Part shown: in pieces, positions 9,667 to 17,760 of the stretch
Position numbering within the stretch: position 1 is the stretch's first letter
Layout of the letters: the number at the start of each line of letters is the position of its first letter
Origin: a virus
Lineage: Duplodnaviria > Caudoviricetes
Length of the DNA: 48,036 bases
Direction: 5' to 3' (one strand)
IMG/VR virus record: IMGVR_UViG_3300042199_000477
Coordinates: 1 to 48,036 of that record
Made by a program: the position numbers and the translations under genes
The notes under the pieces: generated by a model
Told to the model about the DNA's origin: nothing
Databases searched by the model: none
Seen by the model: only the letters and a program-made list of their open reading frames with translations

Positions 9667-9761
9667 GCGGGCCGCTGACGGACGAGCGGGGCAACCCCTA
9701 CCTGGAGTCGCCGCCGCCGTCCGAGCGGCTGGCGGGGCCGCCTGAGCAGACTATTCGTTGA
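9663..9761 (+). CDS. Possible 32-aa microprotein (MSGPLTDERGNPYLESPPPSERLAGPPEQTIR)
   Basis: GTGA overlap with the preceding stop; below the ORF-track cut-off. Confidence 0.3.
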   Translation: MSGPLTDERGNPYLESPPPSERLAGPPEQTIR

Positions 9762-9924
9762 CCTGCTCTGCGCATCTTCCAGCCCACTGTGCAAGGAAGA
9801 CCAGCAGCTTAACGGCATCGGATACCGTCAAAGTGACGTGCTGCTCCTGCTCAAGACCTACGTCAACCGATAGGAACTCGAAGCAGTCCTTGACGCTGAG
9901 CGTGTCCGAAAGGATGTGGCGCAT
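9751..9924 (-). CDS. Hypothetical protein, 57 aa (MRHILSDTLSVK...)
   Basis: TAATG stop/start coupling with the Tad1-like gene. Confidence 0.55.
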   Translation of the reverse strand: MRHILSDTLSVKDCFEFLSVDVGLEQEQHVTLTVSDAVKLLVFLAQWAGRCAEQVNE

Positions 9925-10277
9925 TAGGTGCCTTCGTGCGTGCCTTCGACGCCTTGAGCCGTGCGCCTCGCGGTGCGCGCCTGCAAGGCGTCCATGGCGA
10001 TCTTGAGCCCGCGCAGGGCTTCGTGGTTCTCCTCGCACGCGAAGCCCGCAGCGTTGTAGAACTCGATGCGCTTCTGCGCGATGTAGATCAAGTCTTCCAC
10101 GAACGCTCCGTTGCGGCCCTTGGCATCCTTGATGGGGCCTTCTTGAAAGTCCGCTCGGGCAACGATCGAATGTCCCTGCCCGAACGGGATGTTCACGAAG
10201 GCCGTCCCACCAGCCGGTTTGCCGTTCTCGTCGAGTTGGTTGCGGATGGTGATCTTGCTTGGGTCGAACATGGTCAC
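9924..10277 (-). CDS. tad1: Tad1-family (Thoeris anti-defence 1) signalling-molecule sponge
   Basis: FQEGP...NGAFVEDLI.I...RIEFYN...FACEEN..AL..L..A...LQ.RT.RR...GVEGT matches the Tad1 signature (FQxG, GV..DLL.I..DRL..FQ.G.F..REN..AL, R..R..R.V.GT). Confidence 0.8.
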   Translation of the reverse strand: MTMFDPSKITIRNQLDENGKPAGGTAFVNIPFGQGHSIVARADFQEGPIKDAKGRNGAFVEDLIYIAQKRIEFYNAAGFACEENHEALRGLKIAMDALQARTARRTAQGVEGTHEGT

Positions 10278-10396
10278 TTTCTCCCCGCGACCGGCGGGGG
10301 CGGTAGGTGCTGGTCGTTCAGATGGACGACGTAAGCCGCCGCGACCATCGCGGCGTAGAGGACGGCGACGAGCAGGACGGAGGCGAGGCGCTTCAT
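10274..10396 (-). CDS. Small membrane protein, 40 aa
   Basis: MKRLASVLLVAVLYAAMVAAAYVV hydrophobic helix; GTGA-coupled to tad1. Confidence 0.5.
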   Translation of the reverse strand: MKRLASVLLVAVLYAAMVAAAYVVHLNDQHLPPPPVAGRK

Positions 10397-10409
10397 GTCA
10401 TCAGTTCCA

Positions 10410-10775
10410 TCACGCGCCGCCCGACGACTTCCGCGACGCCTGTTCCCTGCGACCGTCCGCACGCATCTTTGCGGCGCATGGGTCGCCGCAGCACTTGTTT
10501 CGCAAACGCTTGCGCGGATTTACCGTGAATGGCGATCCGCAAACGACGCACTTCTTTATGTCTGGGTAGGACTGCTTGTGCAGTCTCATGTGTGCCGCGC
10601 TCAAGAGAACGACAAGATTTTCTTCGCGGTTGTCCAATGGGTTTCCGTTGATGTGGTGGACATGCTCCGAAGCAAGTAGCTTTCGCCCGAGCTTCTGCTC
10701 CATGATCCAGCGATGAGCGCGGACTTTTTTCCCATCCCGCCATATCAACCGCGTCCGAGTGTTTGGGCTTGTCAT
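10410..10775 (-). CDS. HNH (homing-type) endonuclease with C-terminal Zn finger
   Basis: AHRWIME..LGRKL..EHVHHINGNPLDNREENL..L....H..H plus CVVC...CC..C. Confidence 0.85.
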   Translation of the reverse strand: MTSPNTRTRLIWRDGKKVRAHRWIMEQKLGRKLLASEHVHHINGNPLDNREENLVVLLSAAHMRLHKQSYPDIKKCVVCGSPFTVNPRKRLRNKCCGDPCAAKMRADGRREQASRKSSGGA

Positions 10776-10778
10776 GCA

Positions 10779-11723
10779 TCATGGTAACGCAATGCGTTTC
10801 CTGATTTCAAGCAAGCGACGGCCGGCCACCTCGGCAACGGCAGGAACTACGGCGTTTCCGAGGCACTTAAGCCTGTCCACCCGAGAGGGAACCCCATGAG
10901 CCACTCGACCCACGGAGGGTTCAGGTGTCCACCCACGGTCGCGTTGAGCCCCGACGATCGCGCCCCACCCGGCGTCGTCGATACTCCGCCGCGGCTGTCC
11001 TCTTTGGTCGGCGTCGGCCAAAGCCGTACCGCTCTCGCAAGCGTCGGATTGTCGCCAGCAAACTGCGAGTCCTGATCCGGTCTTCCCGCTTTCGGCGTCG
11101 GCCACATTCGCACGGCCTGTCCGAGCGTGTCCGATACGAGCCTCCCGGTCACCTTGTCGTAAAGCCGCTGATTCGGATGCCTCGGTGGATTCCCGCTCGC
11201 ATCCACAATTCGATCTATTCTTAGTCCGCATTCCGACGTTGTTGGCGTCGGCCATAATTCCGATGATGAAGACCCGATCCCTACGGTGATGGGCGCCGAC
11301 GGCGGACGCCGGAATGCAATCCCACTCCGCATCGTACCCGCTCTCGGAAAGCTCTCCGAGTACGTCGCCCATTCCCCGTCCAAGCAACGCTGCGACGTTT
11401 TCCAGCACGACGAAGCGCGGTCGAACCAAGCGAACGACTCGCATGAGTTCGTAGAACAGTCCGCTTCGTGCGCCTTCGATTCCGGCTCGTTTTCCGGCAT
11501 TGGAAATGTCCTGACACGGGAACCCTCCGCAGATCAGATCGACCGGCGGAACGTCGTGCATCTTCGTGATGTCGTCAAACCGTTGAGCATCCGGCCAGTG
11601 CTTCGCAAGAACGGCCCGCGCATAGGGGTCGATTTCGCATTGCCAAACGGTGCGACCGCAACCGGCTCTTTCGAGTCCGAGTTCAAGGCCGCCGATGCCG
11701 CTGAAAAGCGAGCCGATTTTCAC
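10779..11723 (-). CDS. DNA (cytosine-5)-methyltransferase, alpha polypeptide
   Basis: Motif I FSGIGG, IV GFPCQD, VI ENV, VIII HRRDRVF and X LGNAVVP are present; motif IX is absent from this frame. Confidence 0.92.
   Translation of the reverse strand: MKIGSLFSGIGGLELGLERAGCGRTVWQCEIDPYARAVLAKHWPDAQRFDDITKMHDVPPVDLICGGFPCQDISNAGKRAGIEGARSGLFYELMRVVRLVRPRFVVLENVAALLGRGMGDVLGELSESGYDAEWDCIPASAVGAHHRRDRVFIIGIMADANNVGMRTKNRSNCGCERESTEASESAALRQGDREARIGHARTGRANVADAESGKTGSGLAVCWRQSDACESGTALADADQRGQPRRSIDDAGWGAIVGAQRDRGWTPEPSVGRVAHGVPSRVDRLKCLGNAVVPAVAEVAGRRLLEIRKRIALP
10847..11500 (-). CDS. Nested alternative-frame ORF: putative C5-methyltransferase beta polypeptide (motif IX plus WPTP repeats)
   Basis: 217 aa, ATG with AGGA upstream; ends in LNPPWVEWLMGFPLGWT (motif IX-like); three WPTP units. 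Confidence 0.7.
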   Translation of the reverse strand: MPENEPESKAHEADCSTNSCESFAWFDRASSCWKTSQRCLDGEWATYSESFPRAGTMRSGIAFRRPPSAPITVGIGSSSSELWPTPTTSECGLRIDRIVDASGNPPRHPNQRLYDKVTGRLVSDTLGQAVRMWPTPKAGRPDQDSQFAGDNPTLARAVRLWPTPTKEDSRGGVSTTPGGARSSGLNATVGGHLNPPWVEWLMGFPLGWTGLSASETP

Positions 11724-12028
11724 GCTTCGCCTTTCTCGATGGCGGAGGCGCGGGAGCGGAGATCGTCGGCAAACTCATCCCAGTGACTCATAGTGCCGGG
11801 ATTGCGTTCGTAGATCTTGGCAATCTCCCTGAGCGCCTTCGCGGCGGCTTTGCGCTCGCGGGCTTGGCATCGCGCTTCGTAGGCGGCGTTGATCGCGGCG
11901 GCACGATCATTAGCATCGCGCTCCGACGTTTCTCCGACGTAAACATCGGCGTCTCGCGTAGGCGAACCGACGTACCAAACGTCGCCGCTCCACTGATAAG
12001 CCTCCGCAAACGGCTTCTCGTCGCTCAT
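11720..12028 (-). CDS. Hypothetical protein
   Basis: 102 aa, GTGA-coupled to the methyltransferase. Confidence 0.6.
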   Translation of the reverse strand: MSDEKPFAEAYQWSGDVWYVGSPTRDADVYVGETSERDANDRAAAINAAYEARCQARERKAAAKALREIAKIYERNPGTMSHWDEFADDLRSRASAIEKGEA

Positions 12029-12034
12029 GTCGGC

Positions 12035-12217
12035 TCATTTTGCCAGCTTCGCCAGTGCTTCCGCCGCGCGGTGCAACCGCTCGGCCGTCTCAATCATCAG
12101 TCGGCGGGCCTCATCGTTGTATCCGCCGAGTCCAAAGTTATTTCGGTACTCGAAGTCACTGATGCGCTCGCGCAAGGCGAACACCGCGTCTATCGCCGTG
12201 GTGATTTCCCCGCTCAC
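12035..12217 (-). CDS. Hypothetical protein, 60 aa (MSGEITTAIDAVF...)
   Basis: GTG at 12217 overlaps the stop of 12214..12729. Confidence 0.55.
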   Translation of the reverse strand: MSGEITTAIDAVFALRERISDFEYRNNFGLGGYNDEARRLMIETAERLHRAAEALAKLAK

Positions 12218-12729
12218 GTCGTCCCCTTCTCCGCCGCGCGGCGGGCGCGGTGATGGTCCCATGCGCGCCAATAGGTTTCGGCGTCGATCTTCTCCGTCGT
12301 TCCGAAGATGGAGTTGTGCGTCTTGGTTCCGGCCGAGTAGAAGCCGTCGCACGCCTTCCGCTCCGCGTCGCGTTCCTTCATCGTCGAGTGCAGAAGGTTG
12401 CGCATGGCCAGCACGTTGTCCACAACGCCTTCAACCGTGAGGCTATGGTCGTCTGGGTCGTTCTCGGGGGAGACGATGTTGAGGATCGCGTCGAGCGCCG
12501 CGCGCAGCCGCTCGACTTCGGCCACGAGGGCGGGAATGTCGTTGCGGGAGTGCTGAACGAAGTCGGCGTTCGCGTCCAACGTGACGTATGCGATGTGCAA
12601 CAGGTCTTTCGTGACGATTTCCCAGATGTGTCGTCCCGCCATGCGCATCCGCCAGATGCTTCCGTCGCGGTACGGCTCGCTGGTCGTCGCCTTCTCCGCC
12701 CGCTCCTTGATCTTCCCGATGTCAAGCAT
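12214..12729 (-). CDS. Ead/Ea22-like protein
   Basis: IKERAEKAT...ANADFVQHSRNDIPALVAEVERLR motif. Confidence 0.6.
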   Translation of the reverse strand: MLDIGKIKERAEKATTSEPYRDGSIWRMRMAGRHIWEIVTKDLLHIAYVTLDANADFVQHSRNDIPALVAEVERLRAALDAILNIVSPENDPDDHSLTVEGVVDNVLAMRNLLHSTMKERDAERKACDGFYSAGTKTHNSIFGTTEKIDAETYWRAWDHHRARRAAEKGTT

Positions 12730-13270
12730 GGTCGGACTCCTTCAACGGCCACGTCGGATAGTGCCGTCGCACAACGTCGGCGCACTCGCTTAGGACGCGC
12801 GAACAGGCGGCGTCGTAGGCGGCGGCGTAGGCGGCGGCGTAGGCGGCGGCGTCGGCGGCGTAGGCGGCGGCGGCGGCGGCGTCGGCGGCGTAGGCGGCGC
12901 GGGCGGCGGCGCGGGCGGCGGCGCGGGCGGCGGCGTAGGCGGCGTCGTAGGCGGCGGCGCGTATATCGGACATAGATACATCATCGCCCCGCGCGAAGCG
13001 GTCGCACAGATCCAACGTCGCACGCACTCGCCCGTCTCCCGGTCGGCGATGCTCAAAGATCGGGAGCGCCAAACGCGCGCACTCGGCGGCGGCTCCGACA
13101 AGTCGGCGGCGTCCTTCCGACATAGGCGGCCCCGCGAGCTTTCCGCAGAGCCAAAGCATCCAGTCTCCGCGTTCACAAGCCGCCCAAATGGTCGGGCCGT
13201 CCTTGTCGGAAGCCCAATCCAACGCCTCGCGGCACGCCCCCATCGCACTCAGTTTGTCTTGGACGGTCAT
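12722..13270 (-). CDS. Imm5-like protein with Ala-rich tandem repeat (paralog A)
   Basis: Start ATG 13270; MGACREALDWASDKD..IWAACERGDWMLW, AAECARLALPIFE..PGDGRVR, then (Y/R/D)AAA repeats. Confidence 0.65.
   Translation of the reverse strand: MTVQDKLSAMGACREALDWASDKDGPTIWAACERGDWMLWLCGKLAGPPMSEGRRRLVGAAAECARLALPIFEHRRPGDGRVRATLDLCDRFARGDDVSMSDIRAAAYDAAYAAARAAARAAARAAYAADAAAAAAYAADAAAYAAAYAAAYDAACSRVLSECADVVRRHYPTWPLKESDHA
12807..12960 (-). repeat. GCC-rich in-frame tandem repeat (YAAA/RAAA/DAAA)
   Basis: Runs of ggcggcggcgta and ggcggcggcgcg on the + strand. Confidence 0.85.
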
Positions 13271-13962
13271 TGGTTGGCCTCCGCTTCCGCCGCGTCGATC
13301 GACAGCGCCAAATCGATCATGGCGTCGAGGTGGCGGGTTCGTGGCAAGTATGCGGCGTTTTCGATGGCGGCGGCGGCGGCGTCGGCGGCCAAGGCGGCGT
13401 AGGCGGCGTAGGCGGCGTCGGCGGCGGCGGCGTAGGCGGCGGCGGCGTCGGCGGCGTAGGCGGCGGCGGCGGCGGCGGCGTAGGCGGCGGCGGCGACGTA
13501 GGCGGAGGCGTCGGCGTCGGCGGCGGCGTCGGCGGCGTCGGCAGCGTCTCGCATCTCCCCCATCGTCGCCGTTGGCGGCAACGACGCCAGCCGGTCGGCT
13601 TGATCCGTCATCCCAGCGGCTCGCAACGCCTCCGCCGCGATCACCGTGACGGCGTACCGTGCGACCGCTTCCGCGCGTCGTCTCGTCGTCTCGTCGTCGC
13701 GCCGCGAACCGATGATCCGGTCGATCATCGGCAATGCCCATTGTTTGCGAAGCTCGCCGTCCATCGGCAAGTCGTTCCGCGCGATCGCCAGCCTGCGAAC
13801 GACGGGGCACGCGCAGTCCAGTACGTCGGTCGCCTCACCAAGAGGCTCGCCGCGCGAGACGCGCAGCTTCGCGACGGCGGCAGACATGATGCACGCGGTG
13901 CCTTTGGCGGGATTGCCCGCACCGATCACGAAGGTAAGCGTAGACGGGTCGAAGGTGGTCAT
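13267..13962 (-). CDS. Hypothetical protein with Ala-rich repeat tail
   Basis: Start ATG 13962; ACIMSAA...DCACPVVRRLAIARND domain followed by A/D/Y low-complexity repeat. Confidence 0.6.
   Translation of the reverse strand: MTTFDPSTLTFVIGAGNPAKGTACIMSAAVAKLRVSRGEPLGEATDVLDCACPVVRRLAIARNDLPMDGELRKQWALPMIDRIIGSRRDDETTRRRAEAVARYAVTVIAAEALRAAGMTDQADRLASLPPTATMGEMRDAADAADAAADADASAYVAAAAYAAAAAAAYAADAAAAYAAAADAAYAAYAALAADAAAAAIENAAYLPRTRHLDAMIDLALSIDAAEAEANQ
13366..13545 (-). repeat. GCC/GAC/TAC low-complexity in-frame repeat
   Basis: Visible ggc runs interrupted by gta/gtc on the + strand. Confidence 0.85.
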
Positions 13963-14243
13963 TGGAGTTCCTTTTCCGCCGCGTCGAGGGCGGCGTCGAT
14001 GGGTGCGTAGGAGCAAGTCTCGCCGTGCTTTTCGTAATGGCCGCATCCGTAGCACTGCCACTGGAAACCGATCGACGGAGGAACGCGCCGCCACGGCCTT
14101 TCCACCGCCGCCCGCACGATGGCGATCAGCACGGGCGCGGCGTTCACAGCGGCGATATGGCCTTCGCTCGGCTTCATCAGATCCGGCGTCGCCTTCGCCG
14201 CCTTCGCGTCGAGGTCGTCGAGCCACGCCTTAAGCGCGCTCAC
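13959..14243 (-). CDS. Hypothetical protein (Ead/Ea22-like N-terminus, Cys/His cluster)
   Basis: AKATP...IAAVNAAPVLIAIV; CYGC..H..C; coupled overlaps on both sides. Confidence 0.55.
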   Translation of the reverse strand: MSALKAWLDDLDAKAAKATPDLMKPSEGHIAAVNAAPVLIAIVRAAVERPWRRVPPSIGFQWQCYGCGHYEKHGETCSYAPIDAALDAAEKELQ

Positions 14244-14542
14244 TTCGCACCGCCTTTGCCGTCGAGGCGGGAGAGGAAGGCGCGGGCGTCAGCGACAATC
14301 TCGAAAAACGAGCGGTTGGTTTGAACTTCGTGCCACGCCAAAAACTCTCGCAGCAGCGCCACCGCCTCGCCGTCATCCTTCGCGGGATCGGCCTTCCACG
14401 GCGCGACTCCGGCGGCTTCGAGGGCGTCGGCGTCCTTATTGGCACGATCAATCGCGTCGCGGAACGGAACGCACAGCGCGCGATGCGTCGTCATTTTGTC
14501 GTACTTTTCCGCGCGATGAAGAACCCACTTATTCCTAGTCAT
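14240..14542 (-). CDS. Hypothetical protein
   Basis: 100 aa, RBS GAGG. Confidence 0.6.
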   Translation of the reverse strand: MTRNKWVLHRAEKYDKMTTHRALCVPFRDAIDRANKDADALEAAGVAPWKADPAKDDGEAVALLREFLAWHEVQTNRSFFEIVADARAFLSRLDGKGGAK

Positions 14543-14556
14543 CTCGTCCTCGATCT

Positions 14557-14624
14557 AAAAGCGCCGCCGCGGCTCGCGGTGTGCGACGTAGAAACGCAAA
14601 AGGAAGGTCGCGCGCCGCGGCGGC
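14557..14624 (-). terminator. Long-stem hairpin with short U tract (terminator/attenuator-like)
   Basis: 11-bp perfect stem 14563-14573/14614-14624, TTTT on the minus strand, then the RBS of 14240..14542. Confidence 0.5.
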
Positions 14625-14684
14625 ATTGATTGAAATGGCCCCCTACAAACGCAACTCGGGGGCCGCCCCGGAAACGCTCCGAGG

Positions 14685-15182
14685 CTATTCGTCTTGCCCG
14701 GGCTCGCGCTCGGGCGGAATCTCCTCGTCGGGCGTAGGCTCCTCGGTCGCAGCCGCTTCGGGCGCGTCGTCGATCGGAGCTTTGAGCTTGCCGATCGGCG
14801 TCGCGGGATCGAGCGCCTTGGCCCGAATGCGCACGGCGCACACGGTCTTGTTGCCGAACTTGACCTTGGTGTCCACGAACAGCGCGACCTTCTTTCCGTA
14901 CCAGTCCGCCGTGCTGCTGCCGTAGGCGGCGATGAGCGAACGCAGGTTGGTCGCGTTCAACACCAATTCGCGATCGACGTTCTTGAACTTGAGGGAACCG
15001 ACGTCCGATTTGACGTCTTTCAGCTTAGTCCCGGGGCGCGCGAACTCCACGCGCTTGCGGTACCGAACTTCCTCGATTTCGACGACGATGTCGGAATCGA
15101 GGGACAGCATTTCAAACGTGATCCACGGCGTCGACCGCAGGCGGCCCGCCACGCCGGTGAACTTCTGAAACGACTCGGTCAT
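14685..15182 (-). CDS. Putative single-stranded DNA-binding protein
   Basis: Start ATG 15182; LVLNATN...YG....WYGKKVALF...FG....VRIR beta-rich core, acidic C-terminal tail, in a recombination module. Confidence 0.6.
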   Translation of the reverse strand: MTESFQKFTGVAGRLRSTPWITFEMLSLDSDIVVEIEEVRYRKRVEFARPGTKLKDVKSDVGSLKFKNVDRELVLNATNLRSLIAAYGSSTADWYGKKVALFVDTKVKFGNKTVCAVRIRAKALDPATPIGKLKAPIDDAPEAAATEEPTPDEEIPPEREPGQDE

Positions 15183-16000
15183 GCGTTCTCGCTTTCGTCC
15201 ACGAGGGACAGCAGATCGGAAGACGCGGGCATGTCGATGACTTGCCACTCGTCCGGGGTGCCCGGCCAAACTCCGCTTCGCTGGCACTCCAGCAAGCGAT
15301 CCAGCGTCCGTTGGTTCTCGCACGCGAGCACGTCCAAGTCGTTCTCTTTGAGCTCGACGAGCCACACGTGATGCGGCGGCTTCGGATGCACGACGACGAG
15401 CCGCGCCCCGGCGACGCGCAAGCCGCACGTTTGCAGGCCCGTGCGATAGTGCGCGGCTTGGTGCATCCAGCCCTCCGCCCACGCTCGGAACGGCACGGAC
15501 CGTTCGCACGCGAAGCGGCTGACCTTCAAGTCGTAGATGTAGTCGTCGGCGAAGAAGTCGAGGCGGCCCTTGCAGACCGCGCCGTGTTGCGACCACAGCA
15601 CCGACAGCTCGACCGTTTGCGCTTCCGTCGCTTTCGCAAGCGCCTCGGCCGCCGCGCGCTTGGCAAGGAACGCCCCGGCCACGCCGCGAACGATCTCGGC
15701 TTGCGTCGCCGAAAGAATCTCGAACTCGGCGTGCTCAAGTTTCCACGCCTTGCCCTCTTTCGTGGCGAAGCTCATGCCGTCCGGCTTGAAGCGGTAGCGC
15801 TCGGCGAAGCGCTGCGGCTCGAGGATCGCCATGTGGCACGCCGTGCCGAGTTGCATCGCGTCGGTGGGCTCGTCGTTCTGCGCGCGGCGCCACGGCACCA
15901 AGGCCGGGGGGCCTTCGCGCATCGCCTTCAAGTCCGACGATCCCCACGCGGGCAGGGCGTGATACTCCGCCGCGGCGTAGTTTTTGAGAATCTGATTCAC
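15179..16000 (-). CDS. PD-(D/E)XK exonuclease (RecE/exonuclease VIII, DUF3799-like)
   Basis: Start GTG 16000; EYHALPAWGSSDLK, GTACHMAILEP, CKGRLD...YDLK, QAAHY. Confidence 0.85.
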   Translation of the reverse strand: MNQILKNYAAAEYHALPAWGSSDLKAMREGPPALVPWRRAQNDEPTDAMQLGTACHMAILEPQRFAERYRFKPDGMSFATKEGKAWKLEHAEFEILSATQAEIVRGVAGAFLAKRAAAEALAKATEAQTVELSVLWSQHGAVCKGRLDFFADDYIYDLKVSRFACERSVPFRAWAEGWMHQAAHYRTGLQTCGLRVAGARLVVVHPKPPHHVWLVELKENDLDVLACENQRTLDRLLECQRSGVWPGTPDEWQVIDMPASSDLLSLVDESENA

Positions 16001-17193
16001 GCTTGCGGCTCCTGCACGCGGCCGTCCTCGATGATGATGGAGCACTCCTCGCCGTGGCCGACCCGTTCGATCCACAGCTGCGCCGCGCCGTCCTTCACCT
16101 GCGTCGCGAGCAGCTTGAGGCTTTCGTCGTCGAGCAGCGAGCCGTCGCGAATGAGCATCACGCGAAGGGTCGGATTCATCGCGAGCCCCATCGCGACGCT
16201 GACGCGCAACTTCTCCGCCGCGCTCGCCTGCGAGAACGGGACGCCGCGGTAGGTGACGCCGTCCTCGGACAGCGACAGGCCCTCCACGGGCATCTTGGCC
16301 CGGGCGATCATGTCCGCCTTCTCGCGGTCGATCGCCTCGATTTCGGCGGTGAGCTCGTCCGACACCTTCTGCTGCCGCTGCGCCGCGTCGGTCGCGGTGC
16401 GGTGCGAGTAGTTCTGCCGAATGAGCTTGTTGGTCGCCTGCGCGTTGGCGATCTCGGAAGCCAGCGAGGAAACGTCCGGCACTTCGGCCGCCGCGGTCGG
16501 CTCGAGCGTGATGATTTGTTGCTCGGCGGCGGCGATCTTCTCGCGCCACTCCGCGATCGAACGCCGAAGGTTGGCGATGACCGTGCGCGCCGCGTTGGTC
16601 TCCCGCGCGCGCTCCATCATTTGATCGCGGCGATCGACCAAGTCTTGCAAGACGATCTCTTGCTCGGGCAAGTCGGGCGTGAACGTCGCCGAAGCGGCCT
16701 GCGCGCGCAAGCGATCCCGCTCGCGGTTCACTTCCGTGCGTCGCGCGTAGGTCTTTTCGCGCCGCTCGTTGAGCATCGTGAAGTCGAGTCCGACCACCCG
16801 CCGCAACATTTCGATTTGCGACGAGTGCTTGGCGCGCGAGAACTCGAGCGGATCGAACGTCAGCGAGCCCGTGATCTTGTCGAGCAGCGCTTGCGGCGAC
16901 GAGAACCGCTCGCCTTCGCGTCCCTTGACGACGAGCTTTTCCCCGCGTCCGAACGTGCGTTCGACCACGTATTTGCCGAGGTCGACCGTGATGGTCGCTT
17001 GATCCTCCCCGTGCCGGATCGGCTCTTCGGGAGCCGCGTCACGCCCGCCCAAGGCGGCCATGATCGCATCGAGCACCGAGGATTTTCCCTGCGCGTTGCG
17101 GCCGCCGATGACCACCATCCCCGATTCGTCGGGCGTGATCTCGACCGCTTCGAGGCGCTTGAAGTTTTGCGCCGAGAGCTTCACTACTTGCAT
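15997..17193 (-). CDS. SbcC/SMC-like coiled-coil ATPase
   Basis: NFKRL, Walker A GRNAQGKSS, coiled coil, signature ASAAEK, Walker B-like MLIRDGSLLD. Confidence 0.85.
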   Translation of the reverse strand: MQVVKLSAQNFKRLEAVEITPDESGMVVIGGRNAQGKSSVLDAIMAALGGRDAAPEEPIRHGEDQATITVDLGKYVVERTFGRGEKLVVKGREGERFSSPQALLDKITGSLTFDPLEFSRAKHSSQIEMLRRVVGLDFTMLNERREKTYARRTEVNRERDRLRAQAASATFTPDLPEQEIVLQDLVDRRDQMMERARETNAARTVIANLRRSIAEWREKIAAAEQQIITLEPTAAAEVPDVSSLASEIANAQATNKLIRQNYSHRTATDAAQRQQKVSDELTAEIEAIDREKADMIARAKMPVEGLSLSEDGVTYRGVPFSQASAAEKLRVSVAMGLAMNPTLRVMLIRDGSLLDDESLKLLATQVKDGAAQLWIERVGHGEECSIIIEDGRVQEPQA

Positions 17194-17229
17194 GCGTTTC
17201 TCCGCGACGCGCCGGCGCCGCACGCGCTC

Positions 17230-17258
17230 TTTATACAGCGTCGGAAATCTTTGTGCAA
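17230..17258 (-). promoter_or_regulatory. Sigma70-type promoter of the leftward recombination/accessory operon
   Basis: TTGCAC-N17-TATAAA on the minus strand. Confidence 0.75.
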
Positions 17259-17264
17259 GCCCCG

Positions 17265-17293
17265 TTGCGTTTTCTTTTCCGTCGCTCTATACT
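17265..17293 (+). promoter_or_regulatory. Sigma70-type promoter of the rightward operon (probably leaderless)
   Basis: TTGCGT-N17-TATACT, with the ATG at 17301 seven nt downstream. Confidence 0.75.
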
Positions 17294-17300
17294 CTCGCCC

Positions 17301-17510
17301 ATGACCCACTGGTTAACGGTCGTGCAAGCTGCGCAACGGAAGGGCGTGACCGAACGCACCGTGCGCAACTGGATCAGAGACGGCGTACTGCGCGCCACCC
17401 TGCGCACGCCCGAAGACATCGAGCCCGTCTTGCACGTCGATCGAGACTTGCTCGATCGAGTTCCCAAGCTGGCGGTCGGCGTGAAAAGAGGAGCGAAGCG
17501 TGTCCGATAA
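17301..17510 (+). CDS. Excisionase/MerR-like helix-turn-helix DNA-binding protein
   Basis: WLTVVQAAQRKGVTERTVRNWIRDGVL. Confidence 0.85.
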   Translation: MTHWLTVVQAAQRKGVTERTVRNWIRDGVLRATLRTPEDIEPVLHVDRDLLDRVPKLAVGVKRGAKRVR

Positions 17511-17760
17511 CGAGGAATCCCTGCGTCGCGAATCCGTGAAGGCGCGTCAGCAGCGCGTGTGCTTCTACCTGATGCGCGCCGGAACGGCGTTGGGGGCGGC
17601 CATACGCGATTTGCAGAAGGCGATGGACCTGCACGGAGCGGCGCTGCAGATGGACGGCATGATGCCTTCCGAGGAGGATTGCCGAGCGATCGCCACGCTT
17701 ATCATTAACGAGGAGCGCGCCGCCGCGGGAGCTCCGCCCAAGCCGAGGATCATCACGTGA
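17500..17760 (+). CDS. Hypothetical protein
   Basis: 86 aa, RBS GAGGAG. Confidence 0.6.
   Translation: MSDNEESLRRESVKARQQRVCFYLMRAGTALGAAIRDLQKAMDLHGAALQMDGMMPSEEDCRAIATLIINEERAAAGAPPKPRIIT

Noticed and set aside
10393-10782. Alternative 129-aa ORF over the HNH gene
   Set aside because: No motifs; the HNH frame explains the region.
17301-17510. True excisionase implying integration
   Set aside because: No integrase or att core found; the HTH is more likely a transcriptional regulator.
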